DNA from: a virus
Lineage: Duplodnaviria > Caudoviricetes
Direction: 5' to 3' (one strand)
Virus record (IMG/VR): IMGVR_UViG_3300033076_000606
Location: 1 to 27,538 of that record
DNA: 27,538 bases
Shown: positions 15,314-23,441 of the stretch, one piece after another
Numbering within the stretch: position 1 is the stretch's first letter
Layout: each line of letters begins with the position of its first letter
Notes under the pieces: generated by a model
Database searches by the model: none
What the model was told of the DNA's origin: nothing
What the model saw: the letters and a program-made list of their open reading frames with translations, nothing else
Made by a program: the position numbers and the translations under genes

Positions 15314-17890
15314 ATGTCGATGTACCATGCGAAAACGGTAACCATACCCGATTCCACTAACACTGATATTGTTCGCCCGTCTGACTTTAACAGCGCCCAT
15401 AATCAATACCTAACACTATCAGGTAACACAGCGGGGCAGTCTACTGTAAGTGGAACAAACATCGTCTTCAGTGGCGCTAACAATGTCACGGTATCAGGCG
15501 TTCAAGGTGCTGGGGCAGCAACAATAGGTTTTTCTGCTGCTGGTGGCGGTGGAGCATTCTCTGCTAATGGTGGCTCATCCACTTTTAATACCCTTACTTT
15601 TGGCGACTCTAACGGAGTTACATTTAGTAATATAAATGGCTCTCTGATCGCTACGGTCAAGACAGATTACTTGACTACTGCTATGGTGTCTAACGCAGGG
15701 TCTAACTTTGTTGCAGCTACTGCAGCATTTGCTGGCACTAATGCCTCTGGCACGATAGCTAGTAGTGGTATCTCTGTTAGTGTTCACGCTCCACAGACAG
15801 GTATTTCAGGTGCAGGTGCAGGCACTCAAACTGCCACATCAGGCACCATTGCCTTTGCCAATAGTAACGGTATCTCATTTGGTATGTCCAATTCTAGCCA
15901 AATTACGGCTAGTTATACTGTACCGTCTACCGCAGGTCTGATTAGCAATATCAATGTATCTGCCGGTACTACCAGCAATAACCTGAGCGCCGTAGTCTAC
16001 AGCAATAGCAACAACGTCAGCTTCGGCCTGAATGGATCTACCGTAACGGCTTCAGCCTCCTACCCTGCTGGAGCTTCAGCTACAGGTAACTTTGGTGCAC
16101 TGGGTGCAGGTACGCAGACGGCTACATCCGGTACAGTCACATTTGCTAATAGCAATGGTATTTCCTTCGGCATGTCTGGATCTAACCAGATCACTGCTAG
16201 TTACACAGTACCCACGCAGACCGTTCAGAGCTATAACATTATGGCTGCTGGTACGCAGACAGCCAACACGACTGGCTCTGTAGCATTTGTAAACTCTAAC
16301 GGCATATCGTTTGGTATGTCAAATAGCTCGCAAATTACAGCTAGCTACACAGTCCCGTCTACTGCAGGTCTACTCAGCGCTATTAACCTGTCTGCAGGTA
16401 CTACAAGTAATAACTTATCAGCGTTTACATTTGCTAATTCTAATGGGGTAAGCTTCGGGCTAAATGGCTCTGTAGTTACAGCCAGCGCCGCTGGTGGCGG
16501 TGGTGGGGCGTTCTCAGCTTCGGGCGGCTCATCTACCTTTAATACACTTAATTTTGCAAATTCAAATAATGTTACTTTTAGCAACTCAGGCGGGTCTGTT
16601 GTAGCATCTGTAGCAGCTTCTGGTGCTGGATGGGGTGGTGCCGCTGGTGCTGCTGCTGTTGGTATTGCAGATAGTGTAAGTACAGTCACGACAAGCAATG
16701 TAGTATTTAGTAACAGCAACAATGTTAGCTTCGGTCTGAATGGTAACACCATGACTGCCTCTGCTTCATACCCTGCTGGAGCTTCGGCTACTGGTAATTT
16801 CGGGGCTTTGGGTGCAGGTACTCAGACTGCTACTTCTGGTACGGTGGCCTTCAGCAATAGTAATGGTATTTCCTTCGGTATGTCTGGGTCTAACCAGATC
16901 ACGGCTAGCTATACTGTACCGTCTACTGCAGGTCTGATTAGCAATATCAACGTATCTGCCGGAACAACAAGTAACAACTTGTCAGCCATTACTTTCAGTA
17001 ATGCAAATGGTGTATCGTTCGGATTGAATGGCGACACCATGACGGCTTCACATAACGGGTTGACTACTGCTATGGTGTCTAACGCAGGGTCTAACTTTGT
17101 TGCAGCTACTGCAGCATTTGCTGGCACTAATGCCTCTGGCACGATAGCTAGTAATGGGGTTTCGATCTCCGTAAATGCAGGTGGGGGTGCAGCAAATACG
17201 TTAAACTTTTGGATGCCTAATGCAATCTTGAATAATACCTCGTTTTTGGTGCCTGGGCAGAATACCATTTACATGCAACATTTGCATCCAGAAGAGCCCA
17301 TAGGTATTTCAAACGTAGAGTTCAACTGCTTACATTCGTTTGTGTCGAGTAGTAACTCTCAGTCTGTGGGTATGACAATCAGATATGGACTATATGAACA
17401 GGGTACTGGAGCAAGTTCGCAAAGTATCCAATCAGTTGGCACTTCGTCTATGTTTATGCAGGCTAGTTACAATAGTTCAACGGCAGCAGGGTTTACTTGT
17501 GGGCAAGGTGGCACCAGTTTTACGGTGACATCTAACAACTCTAACTTGTTTGGTACAGCACTATCTGGCCCCAAGTTTTTATATCTCCCATTCACGACCA
17601 CGTTAGAAGCTAACAAAGAGTACTTCTGGGCAATGTTGTTTAGTAGTACAACCGCAGTAAATACTGGCCCCATGCGATTTAATATGCTGGTGCAAACCAA
17701 TATTAACTCCACAGTTTGGGGTGAATTAAAAATGACTACATATGCTGTATCTGGAACTAACCAATGGGAGGAGTACGATGGGATACAATATTCAGCGACA
17801 TCCTCCAATCTCCCTGCTAATGTCAACTCTACCCAAATGCAAATGATGGCCTCAAAAGGCCGTCTGTTAATGATTTTTGAGAACGAATAA
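15314..17890 (+). CDS. Repeat-rich fibre/adhesin-like protein with C-terminal globular domain
   Basis: About 11 repeats of the core FxNSNG/NV/ISFG..TAS; about 600 aa with one Lys, four Asp, no Glu or Arg; unique ~225 aa C-terminus. Confidence 0.75.
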   Translation: MSMYHAKTVTIPDSTNTDIVRPSDFNSAHNQYLTLSGNTAGQSTVSGTNIVFSGANNVTVSGVQGAGAATIGFSAAGGGGAFSANGGSSTFNTLTFGDSNGVTFSNINGSLIATVKTDYLTTAMVSNAGSNFVAATAAFAGTNASGTIASSGISVSVHAPQTGISGAGAGTQTATSGTIAFANSNGISFGMSNSSQITASYTVPSTAGLISNINVSAGTTSNNLSAVVYSNSNNVSFGLNGSTVTASASYPAGASATGNFGALGAGTQTATSGTVTFANSNGISFGMSGSNQITASYTVPTQTVQSYNIMAAGTQTANTTGSVAFVNSNGISFGMSNSSQITASYTVPSTAGLLSAINLSAGTTSNNLSAFTFANSNGVSFGLNGSVVTASAAGGGGGAFSASGGSSTFNTLNFANSNNVTFSNSGGSVVASVAASGAGWGGAAGAAAVGIADSVSTVTTSNVVFSNSNNVSFGLNGNTMTASASYPAGASATGNFGALGAGTQTATSGTVAFSNSNGISFGMSGSNQITASYTVPSTAGLISNINVSAGTTSNNLSAITFSNANGVSFGLNGDTMTASHNGLTTAMVSNAGSNFVAATAAFAGTNASGTIASNGVSISVNAGGGAANTLNFWMPNAILNNTSFLVPGQNTIYMQHLHPEEPIGISNVEFNCLHSFVSSSNSQSVGMTIRYGLYEQGTGASSQSIQSVGTSSMFMQASYNSSTAAGFTCGQGGTSFTVTSNNSNLFGTALSGPKFLYLPFTTTLEANKEYFWAMLFSSTTAVNTGPMRFNMLVQTNINSTVWGELKMTTYAVSGTNQWEEYDGIQYSATSSNLPANVNSTQMQMMASKGRLLMIFENE
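15671..15764 (+). repeat. 94 bp exact direct repeat, copy 1
   Basis: Identical to 17060-17153 by base-by-base comparison. Confidence 0.9.
17060..17153 (+). repeat. 94 bp exact direct repeat, copy 2
   Basis: Identical to 15671-15764; offset 1389 bp is in frame. Confidence 0.9.
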
Positions 17891-18625
17891 ATGCAACCGC
17901 AAATTATTTCATCATACGAAGGTGGAGCGCACAACGCTGACCTCGATAAAACCATATCCAGGCTGGCACAAGAGAAAGCCTATAAGGATATGTCCTGCAT
18001 TCAGATCGTGCCGTGCTTTGGGCAAATACCCACTAAGGCAGTTGCTAGCTGGATGAACATGTACACCCCGCCTAACGCTAAGTTCACTCGCATGTGGGCT
18101 GTTGGGATGGAAGTCGGCAAAGCTTTTTCTTCTACTATTGAGAGCATCTTGGCGCACCCAGATCTTAGCAAGTGGAAGTACATAATGACATTGGAGCACG
18201 ATAATATCCCGCCACCTGATGGTGTTGTTAAGCTTCTTGCTCAGATGGAAGCCCATCCAGAGTTCGCATGTATAGGTGGTCTATACTTCACGCAAGGCCC
18301 CGGTGGTCAAGCCCAGATCTGGGGTGACCCAAACGATCCCGTTATCAACTTTAGGCCTCAAAAGCCTGATCCGAATGGCGGCTTAGTTGAATGCTGCGGT
18401 ACAGGTATGGGATTTAATATCTGGCGTATGGATATGTTTAAGGATGAACGACTACGTAGGCCTTGGTTTGTGACACAGACTGAAGGTGGCGTGATGACTC
18501 AGGATCTGTATTTTTGGCAGGATGCCCGTAAGTATGGGTTTAGATGTGCCATAGACTGCTCAGTTAAAGTTGGGCACTATGATTTAGATGGTAAACGCGG
18601 GGGGATCCCCGATCATGTTTGGTAA
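17891..18625 (+). CDS. GT-A fold glycosyltransferase-like protein
   Basis: YIMTLEHD (DxD-like position), IGGLYF, GMGF, QDLYF, DCSVKVGH follow the GT2-like layout; ATG directly follows the fibre stop. Confidence 0.72.
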   Translation: MQPQIISSYEGGAHNADLDKTISRLAQEKAYKDMSCIQIVPCFGQIPTKAVASWMNMYTPPNAKFTRMWAVGMEVGKAFSSTIESILAHPDLSKWKYIMTLEHDNIPPPDGVVKLLAQMEAHPEFACIGGLYFTQGPGGQAQIWGDPNDPVINFRPQKPDPNGGLVECCGTGMGFNIWRMDMFKDERLRRPWFVTQTEGGVMTQDLYFWQDARKYGFRCAIDCSVKVGHYDLDGKRGGIPDHVW

Positions 18626-18642
18626 GCTGACAAGAGGCTATT

Positions 18643-19185
18643 ATGAAATTGGATATAGGCTGCGGCCCCAATAAGAAAGAAGGTTTTACTGGTGTAGATC
18701 AATACCAAATGGATGGTGTTGACGTAGTGTTGAACGTAGGCGTCGATGCTTGGCCTTGGGAAGATGGCAGCGTTGAAGAGATACATGCTTCGCATTTCTT
18801 GGAGCACTTGACTGGAGAGCAGCGGGTGCACTTCATGAACGAAGCCTATCGAGTGCTTAAAGAGGGCGGCAAAGCTACGGTGATTACACCTCACTGGGCT
18901 TCTAACAGAGCCTATGGTGACTTCACACATCAGTGGCCTCCCGTCAGTGAGATGTCATATTACTACGTTAAGAAAGAATGGCGTGACGCCAATGCGCCTC
19001 ATACGGACGCTAAGTGGGACGATAAAGGGTACTCCTGCAATTTTGACGCTACATGGGGGTATTCGTTTTCTCCTGAGTTAGCTGCCAGAAACCCTGAGCA
19101 CGTTCAATTCGCCTTGCAGAACTATAAGGAAGCTGCACTTGATATGTACGCTACACTTACTAAACCTGTTACCGTGGTAGATTAA
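18643..19185 (+). CDS. Class I SAM-dependent methyltransferase
   Basis: Motif I LDIGCG, PWEDGSVE, SHFLEH, RVLKEGG; SD GAGG. Confidence 0.88.
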   Translation: MKLDIGCGPNKKEGFTGVDQYQMDGVDVVLNVGVDAWPWEDGSVEEIHASHFLEHLTGEQRVHFMNEAYRVLKEGGKATVITPHWASNRAYGDFTHQWPPVSEMSYYYVKKEWRDANAPHTDAKWDDKGYSCNFDATWGYSFSPELAARNPEHVQFALQNYKEAALDMYATLTKPVTVVD

Positions 19186-19186
19186 C

Positions 19187-19441
19187 GTGCTAACGGCCTT
19201 TCAGTCTGATGCATTTCAGTTTACAGCATTTCAGATTGATGGGGTTCTCGTCTGGGAAAATATTGATGATTCTCAAACTCCAAACTGGCATAATATAACT
19301 AACACGCAAACCCCAACTTGGTCAACTCTAAGTGCTGTTCAAGCTGTAAATTGGCATCTGATAACAGACACTGTAAACCCAGGTTGGGTTTTGATACCAG
19401 ATACACAAACAGCTAGCTGGGTAGACATCCCAACAACATAG
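19187..19441 (+). CDS. Small protein with AFQ x3 and six Trp at 11 aa spacing
   Basis: GTG one base after the methyltransferase stop; periodic sequence. Confidence 0.75.
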   Translation: MLTAFQSDAFQFTAFQIDGVLVWENIDDSQTPNWHNITNTQTPTWSTLSAVQAVNWHLITDTVNPGWVLIPDTQTASWVDIPTT

Positions 19442-19448
19442 GTAACGT

Positions 19449-20939
19449 ATGGCAACTTTATATACATCACTAGTAGGTTTTGCACTGCCAGTAACAGGCG
19501 AGCTTCAAGGTACTTGGGGTGACACTGTTAATAACAGCATTACTCAGCTAGCTGAAGATTCCATTGCAGGTGTAGCTACTGCATCTGTTGCAGCGGGTAA
19601 CTGGACGTTAAGCACTACTGGGTCTGGCGCTACTAATGAAGCTCGCAAAGCCATCCTGATTCCCACAGGCTCCCCTGGTGTAACCAGAAACATAATCTGC
19701 CCAAGTACAAGCAAAGCCTATATCGTTGTGAACCAGTCAAACGCAGCTGTTGTCGTGAAAGGTGCAGCGACTTCAGGTGTGCCTGTACCAGCAGGTATGA
19801 CTATGCTGGTGGCGTGGAATGGGTCTGATTTTGTGCAGGTGTCTCCGGTTAGTGTAGATGCTTCAGGCAACCTCGGGATTGGGACGAGTTCGCCGGCTTA
19901 TAAGCTGGATATTCGCGGAGGAGTCATTGCAGGCGGTAATGGCACCATCGTTGGCGGTATCTCATACTCCACGCGCCCTGAGATTGGAGCCCTCTCAAAT
20001 CACCCTGTTGGTTTCATCACCAACAACACGACACAGATGTTGTTGGACACTTCCGGCAACCTCGGGATTGGGACGAGTTCGCCAAACTACAGTCTGACTG
20101 CATACAAGGGAGGCGCGACCGCCACATATCTGCAAGTTGCAAACGGAGCCACCGGAGCAGGCGCTGCTAACGGTCTGCTTCTTGGTGTGGACACATCGGG
20201 CAACGGCATCATCAACGCTCAGGGTGTGGTCAACCTGAACATCAGTGTTGCCGGATTGCAGCGAGCCACTATTGACTCCTCCGGCAACCTCGGCCTCGGG
20301 GTGACGCCGAGTGCTGTTAGCACACCGTATTACAAGTCGTTTGAACTCGGAAAAGCAGGTACTGGTCTGTCTGCCGCGACTAGCTCTTTGACTAGCGCTG
20401 AGCAAGTTTGGTTATCCAATAACAGCTATCCGACTTACTCAGCCGGAACTGTTTGGAAATATGGCAATGACGGGGAAGCCACCCGTTATGCACTGGATAG
20501 CGGGGTGCATTCGTGGTACACCGCCCCCAGCGGCACAGCAGGCAACACAATAACATTCACTCAAGCCATGATGCTCGATGCATCAGGTAACCTCTTAATC
20601 ACATCCCCAGCAGGTCTAGGCTACGGCACAGGCTCAGGCGGCACGGTTACTCAGGCTACATCAAAAAGCACAACGGTAACGCTGAATAAGCCAACGGGTC
20701 AGATCACGATGAATAACGCGGCGTTGGCTGCGGGTGCGTCAGTAACGTTTATTTGTAACAATAGCTTAGTTACTTCTAATGATGTTGTTGTTTGTCAAAC
20801 AAATGGCCCCAGTAGTTATTCAATAAGAGCGTCGGGTTCGGCTGGGTCTATATATTTTGTTGTAAAGAATGAAAGCGCTGGTTCTCTATCCGAAGCCGTC
20901 GTTCTTAACTTCGCCATCATCAAAGGAGCAACAGCATAA
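19449..20939 (+). CDS. Tail fibre protein
   Basis: N-terminal TGELQGTWG anchor-like region; four DxSGNL(G) fibre repeats; C-terminal beta domain. Confidence 0.85.
   Translation: MATLYTSLVGFALPVTGELQGTWGDTVNNSITQLAEDSIAGVATASVAAGNWTLSTTGSGATNEARKAILIPTGSPGVTRNIICPSTSKAYIVVNQSNAAVVVKGAATSGVPVPAGMTMLVAWNGSDFVQVSPVSVDASGNLGIGTSSPAYKLDIRGGVIAGGNGTIVGGISYSTRPEIGALSNHPVGFITNNTTQMLLDTSGNLGIGTSSPNYSLTAYKGGATATYLQVANGATGAGAANGLLLGVDTSGNGIINAQGVVNLNISVAGLQRATIDSSGNLGLGVTPSAVSTPYYKSFELGKAGTGLSAATSSLTSAEQVWLSNNSYPTYSAGTVWKYGNDGEATRYALDSGVHSWYTAPSGTAGNTITFTQAMMLDASGNLLITSPAGLGYGTGSGGTVTQATSKSTTVTLNKPTGQITMNNAALAAGASVTFICNNSLVTSNDVVVCQTNGPSSYSIRASGSAGSIYFVVKNESAGSLSEAVVLNFAIIKGATA
19866..20083 (+). repeat. 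29 bp exact direct repeat GGCAACCTCGGGATTGGGACGAGTTCGCC at 19866-19894 and 20055-20083
   Basis: Read directly; degenerate copies near 20283 and 20586. Confidence 0.9.
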
Positions 20940-21442
20940 TGGCTACGCTCAAACAAGTTATTAAATACACAAATGCCAATGCCATAGAAGCAACGTGGGT
21001 TGATGTTGTTCAGAAGGGCTCTGTTGATCCAGAAACAGGAGAAACTATTTATCACAATGAAGAAGTTGTAATTCGCTCGCATGCATACGCCGATGTACAG
21101 ATGCAAGACTTTCGTGATGATGTAGCCCAGTACGGTGGTGATATTAGCCAATATGAAGCATTGATTGCAGAGGTAGAAGCAGCTATACAACCCCCACCTC
21201 CTCCGGTCATTGAAGCGCCCAAACAAATTTCTATTCGCCAGTGCAGCCTTCAGCTCCTTCTGGAAAACTTACTGGGCACAGTAAATCAGATTGTCGACTC
21301 AGCGGATGAAGCGGCTCAAATCTCATGGCAGTTTGCTAATTATGTAGAGCGACATGACCCAATGTTTGCGCAGATCACATCCGCACTTGGTAAGACTGAA
21401 GCAGAAGTAGACGCATTCTTTATCGCCGCTAGCCAATTATAG
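20939..21442 (+). CDS. Probable tail fibre assembly/chaperone protein
   Basis: Acidic, coupled to the fibre gene (TAATG); poly-Pro linker, then ISIRQ...W.FA..VER...VDAFFIAA. Confidence 0.6.
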   Translation: MATLKQVIKYTNANAIEATWVDVVQKGSVDPETGETIYHNEEVVIRSHAYADVQMQDFRDDVAQYGGDISQYEALIAEVEAAIQPPPPPVIEAPKQISIRQCSLQLLLENLLGTVNQIVDSADEAAQISWQFANYVERHDPMFAQITSALGKTEAEVDAFFIAASQL

Positions 21443-21450
21443 GATTAACA

Positions 21451-21606
21451 ATGGAACAAGTTATTACGTTTGAAGTATCTAAACAAGAAGCTGTAGCAAT
21501 TTTGACCATGCTTGGCCAGATGCCAACCTCTAGTGGTGTGTTTCCTCTTTTGGTAAAGCTGAACGCTCAAGCAGAAGCCCAACAAGAAGACCTTGCGGGG
21601 GATTAA
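21451..21606 (+). CDS. Small hypothetical protein (51 aa, MEQVITFEVSKQEAVAILTMLGQMPTSSGVFPLLVKL...)
   Basis: Below the ORF track cutoff; SD AGGA; fills the gap on the coding strand. Confidence 0.75.
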   Translation: MEQVITFEVSKQEAVAILTMLGQMPTSSGVFPLLVKLNAQAEAQQEDLAGD

Positions 21607-21768
21607 ATGGCTATTAACTGGAAACAAGAAACTACAAAGCGTGGCGCTGTATGGGTTGCTACCTCTATCATTGCCTTAGTGTTCTATTGGTTTGGTAAAG
21701 ATCCAATCCCTGTCATGGGCATAGGCACTGGTTTGGCTGGTGGGTTAGGTTTGCTTAGCAAGGACTAA
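21607..21768 (+). CDS. Small two-TM membrane protein, holin candidate (53 aa, MAINWKQETTKRGAVWVATSIIALVFYWFGKDPIPVMGIGTGLAGGLGLLSKD)
   Basis: Below the ORF track cutoff; SD GGGGGA; two hydrophobic segments; directly upstream of the spanin. Confidence 0.65.
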   Translation: MAINWKQETTKRGAVWVATSIIALVFYWFGKDPIPVMGIGTGLAGGLGLLSKD

Positions 21769-21770
21769 TC

Positions 21771-22241
21771 ATGCTGTACCCAGCAATTGCTATATGCATT
21801 GCGTCCTTTGCATTTGGGATGGTTACTATGCATAAAATGGATTCTATTGAGCTGCAGAGCATGAAGACTGAGTTTGACAGAGCAAATATTGAAGCTAGTT
21901 TCCAGTTACAAGTAGCTAAGTCCAGAGTCGATGAAGCTACAAAAAAGGCAGCTGAACTCAACACCCAGATAGAGGCTAAGCATGTGGAACACACGCAAAC
22001 TGTCAATGATCTTAGGAATCAGCTTAGTAACATCAGGTTGCCAGACTGCAGTAAGAACCGTAGAAGTGCCGTGCCAGATAGTACAAGTACCACAAGTTCT
22101 ATTAGTGAAGCCAGACACAACGGGGTTTCAACAGAATTTAATCAACTGGTCAAAGATGAGTTCTTCAGGGCTGACAAAGTAGCAGAGTACGCTGAGGCGT
22201 GCTACATATTTGTTTCAAACAATTGTGGGGTACAACAATGA
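21771..22241 (+). CDS. Rz: Rz-like inner-membrane spanin
   Basis: N-terminal TM segment, coiled coil, Cys near the C-terminus; SD AAGGA; contains an embedded lipoprotein gene. Confidence 0.8.
   Translation: MLYPAIAICIASFAFGMVTMHKMDSIELQSMKTEFDRANIEASFQLQVAKSRVDEATKKAAELNTQIEAKHVEHTQTVNDLRNQLSNIRLPDCSKNRRSAVPDSTSTTSSISEARHNGVSTEFNQLVKDEFFRADKVAEYAEACYIFVSNNCGVQQ
21982..22182 (+). CDS. Rz1: Rz1-like outer-membrane lipoprotein spanin, embedded in the +1 frame
   Basis: Signal peptide MWNTRKLSMILGISLVTSG-C with lipobox; Pro-containing mature region; SD GAGG. Confidence 0.8.
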   Translation: MWNTRKLSMILGISLVTSGCQTAVRTVEVPCQIVQVPQVLLVKPDTTGFQQNLINWSKMSSSGLTK

Positions 22242-22732
22242 TCTGGCTACGCTTCATACTTACTATTTTCAAATGGCTCCTGCTCATGCCGTTGCATCTG
22301 CTCGTTTGGTTAAGCCGCTACATATTTGCAGTCCCTGCTGTGCTGTTGTTTAGTACGAAGGACAGAAAGCACCTCAGATTTCCGTTTCGTTGGCTGGAGA
22401 CACAAGATAATGATCTGGGTGGTGACTTCGGTTGGCAGAGCGAACATATTAAACCCGGTAGTGATCCATACTCTAACTACAATCGCATCATGTGGCTGTT
22501 TCGTAATGGTGGTCAAGTCGTTGAGTACAAAGTGTTGGGTATTGACTATAAAGAGTTTCAGGGTGTGTCACCTTTAAATCCAAACCACGGGTTGTCTGTG
22601 CGTACTGATGGTTATTGGCAGTACCGAAACATTATAGGCCCAGTTGAGGTATATTGGGGTTGGGGCCTGTGGAGTAATATTGCGGGCCGAAGCAAATATG
22701 TATGGACTACACGGAGAGCAAAGAATGCCTGA
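22238..22732 (+). CDS. Trp-rich membrane-anchored hypothetical protein
   Basis: ATG 22238 overlaps the Rz stop (ATGA); hydrophobic N-terminal ~38 aa; WLETQDNDLGGD motif. Confidence 0.75.
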   Translation: MIWLRFILTIFKWLLLMPLHLLVWLSRYIFAVPAVLLFSTKDRKHLRFPFRWLETQDNDLGGDFGWQSEHIKPGSDPYSNYNRIMWLFRNGGQVVEYKVLGIDYKEFQGVSPLNPNHGLSVRTDGYWQYRNIIGPVEVYWGWGLWSNIAGRSKYVWTTRRAKNA

Positions 22733-23021
22733 CGAAGCCTGCAAAGCTGAACTCTGCAGCAAAATAGCATCTTATATTTCCTATACAGTTGCGAGCGGGT
22801 TAGTGGCAGCGTCGGAACTACTTCGATTTATGAACGACAATGCTGCAGCTTGTGGTGTGATGCTTGGCATACTGACGTACCTAACAAATATCTATTTTCA
22901 ACGTCGAGTAATGGAATGCCGCTGCAAAATACTGGGAGTGCATGGAGAGCATAATGAGTATAACCACCCACGGCGAAGAGTAACAGACACAGACACAGAG
23001 TCAGAGGCTCACCATGATTAA
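22725..23021 (+). CDS. Holin resembling the phage 21 S (class II/pinholin) family
   Basis: ATG 22725 behind GGAG; two TM segments; LGILTYLTNIYFQRR resembles the S21 second TM as I recall it (LGFLTYLTNLYFK); directly upstream of the endolysin. Confidence 0.7.
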   Translation: MPDEACKAELCSKIASYISYTVASGLVAASELLRFMNDNAAACGVMLGILTYLTNIYFQRRVMECRCKILGVHGEHNEYNHPRRRVTDTDTESEAHHD

Positions 23022-23433
23022 CTCCCGCAGTATTGAAGACTTACATCCCGATGTGACTAAGCTTTGTTACAGTTTCATAACTGAATGCCGTAATGCGGGG
23101 ATTGATATTCTTATCACTTCCACTTATAGGGACGCAGAAAGCCAAGCGGCACTGTATGCGCAGGGTAGAACAGCTCCAGGCAAAAAGGTAACCAATGCCA
23201 AAGCGGGTGAATCGTTTCATAATTATAGGGTGGCATTTGATTTTGTGCCACTTGTTCACGGCAAGGCCGCTTGGGATGATCTTGAATTATTTGCTAAGTG
23301 TGGCGAGATAGCAGAGCATCTGGGGCTAGAGTGGGCAGGTAGATGGAAAACTTTTAAGGAATATGCTCACTGCCAGTATACTGCAGGGATGAGTTTGAAG
23401 GATTTTCAAGCAGGTAAACATCTGCCTAACTAG
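23014..23433 (+). CDS. Endolysin, M15 family Zn peptidase (L-Ala-D-Glu type)
   Basis: TSTYR...QAALYAQGR, SFHNYRVAFD (SxH...D), EWAGRW, EYAHCQ. Confidence 0.92.
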   Translation: MINSRSIEDLHPDVTKLCYSFITECRNAGIDILITSTYRDAESQAALYAQGRTAPGKKVTNAKAGESFHNYRVAFDFVPLVHGKAAWDDLELFAKCGEIAEHLGLEWAGRWKTFKEYAHCQYTAGMSLKDFQAGKHLPN

Positions 23434-23441
23434 GGGCATTT

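Noticed and set aside
15671-17153. 94 bp repeat pair as a diversity-generating retroelement TR/VR
   Set aside because: Copies are identical with no adenine-specific mismatches, both lie in the fibre shaft, and no reverse transcriptase is in the window
18643-19185. DNA methyltransferase
   Set aside because: No DPPY/NPPY or PC catalytic motif; size and motifs fit small-molecule or glycan methyltransferases
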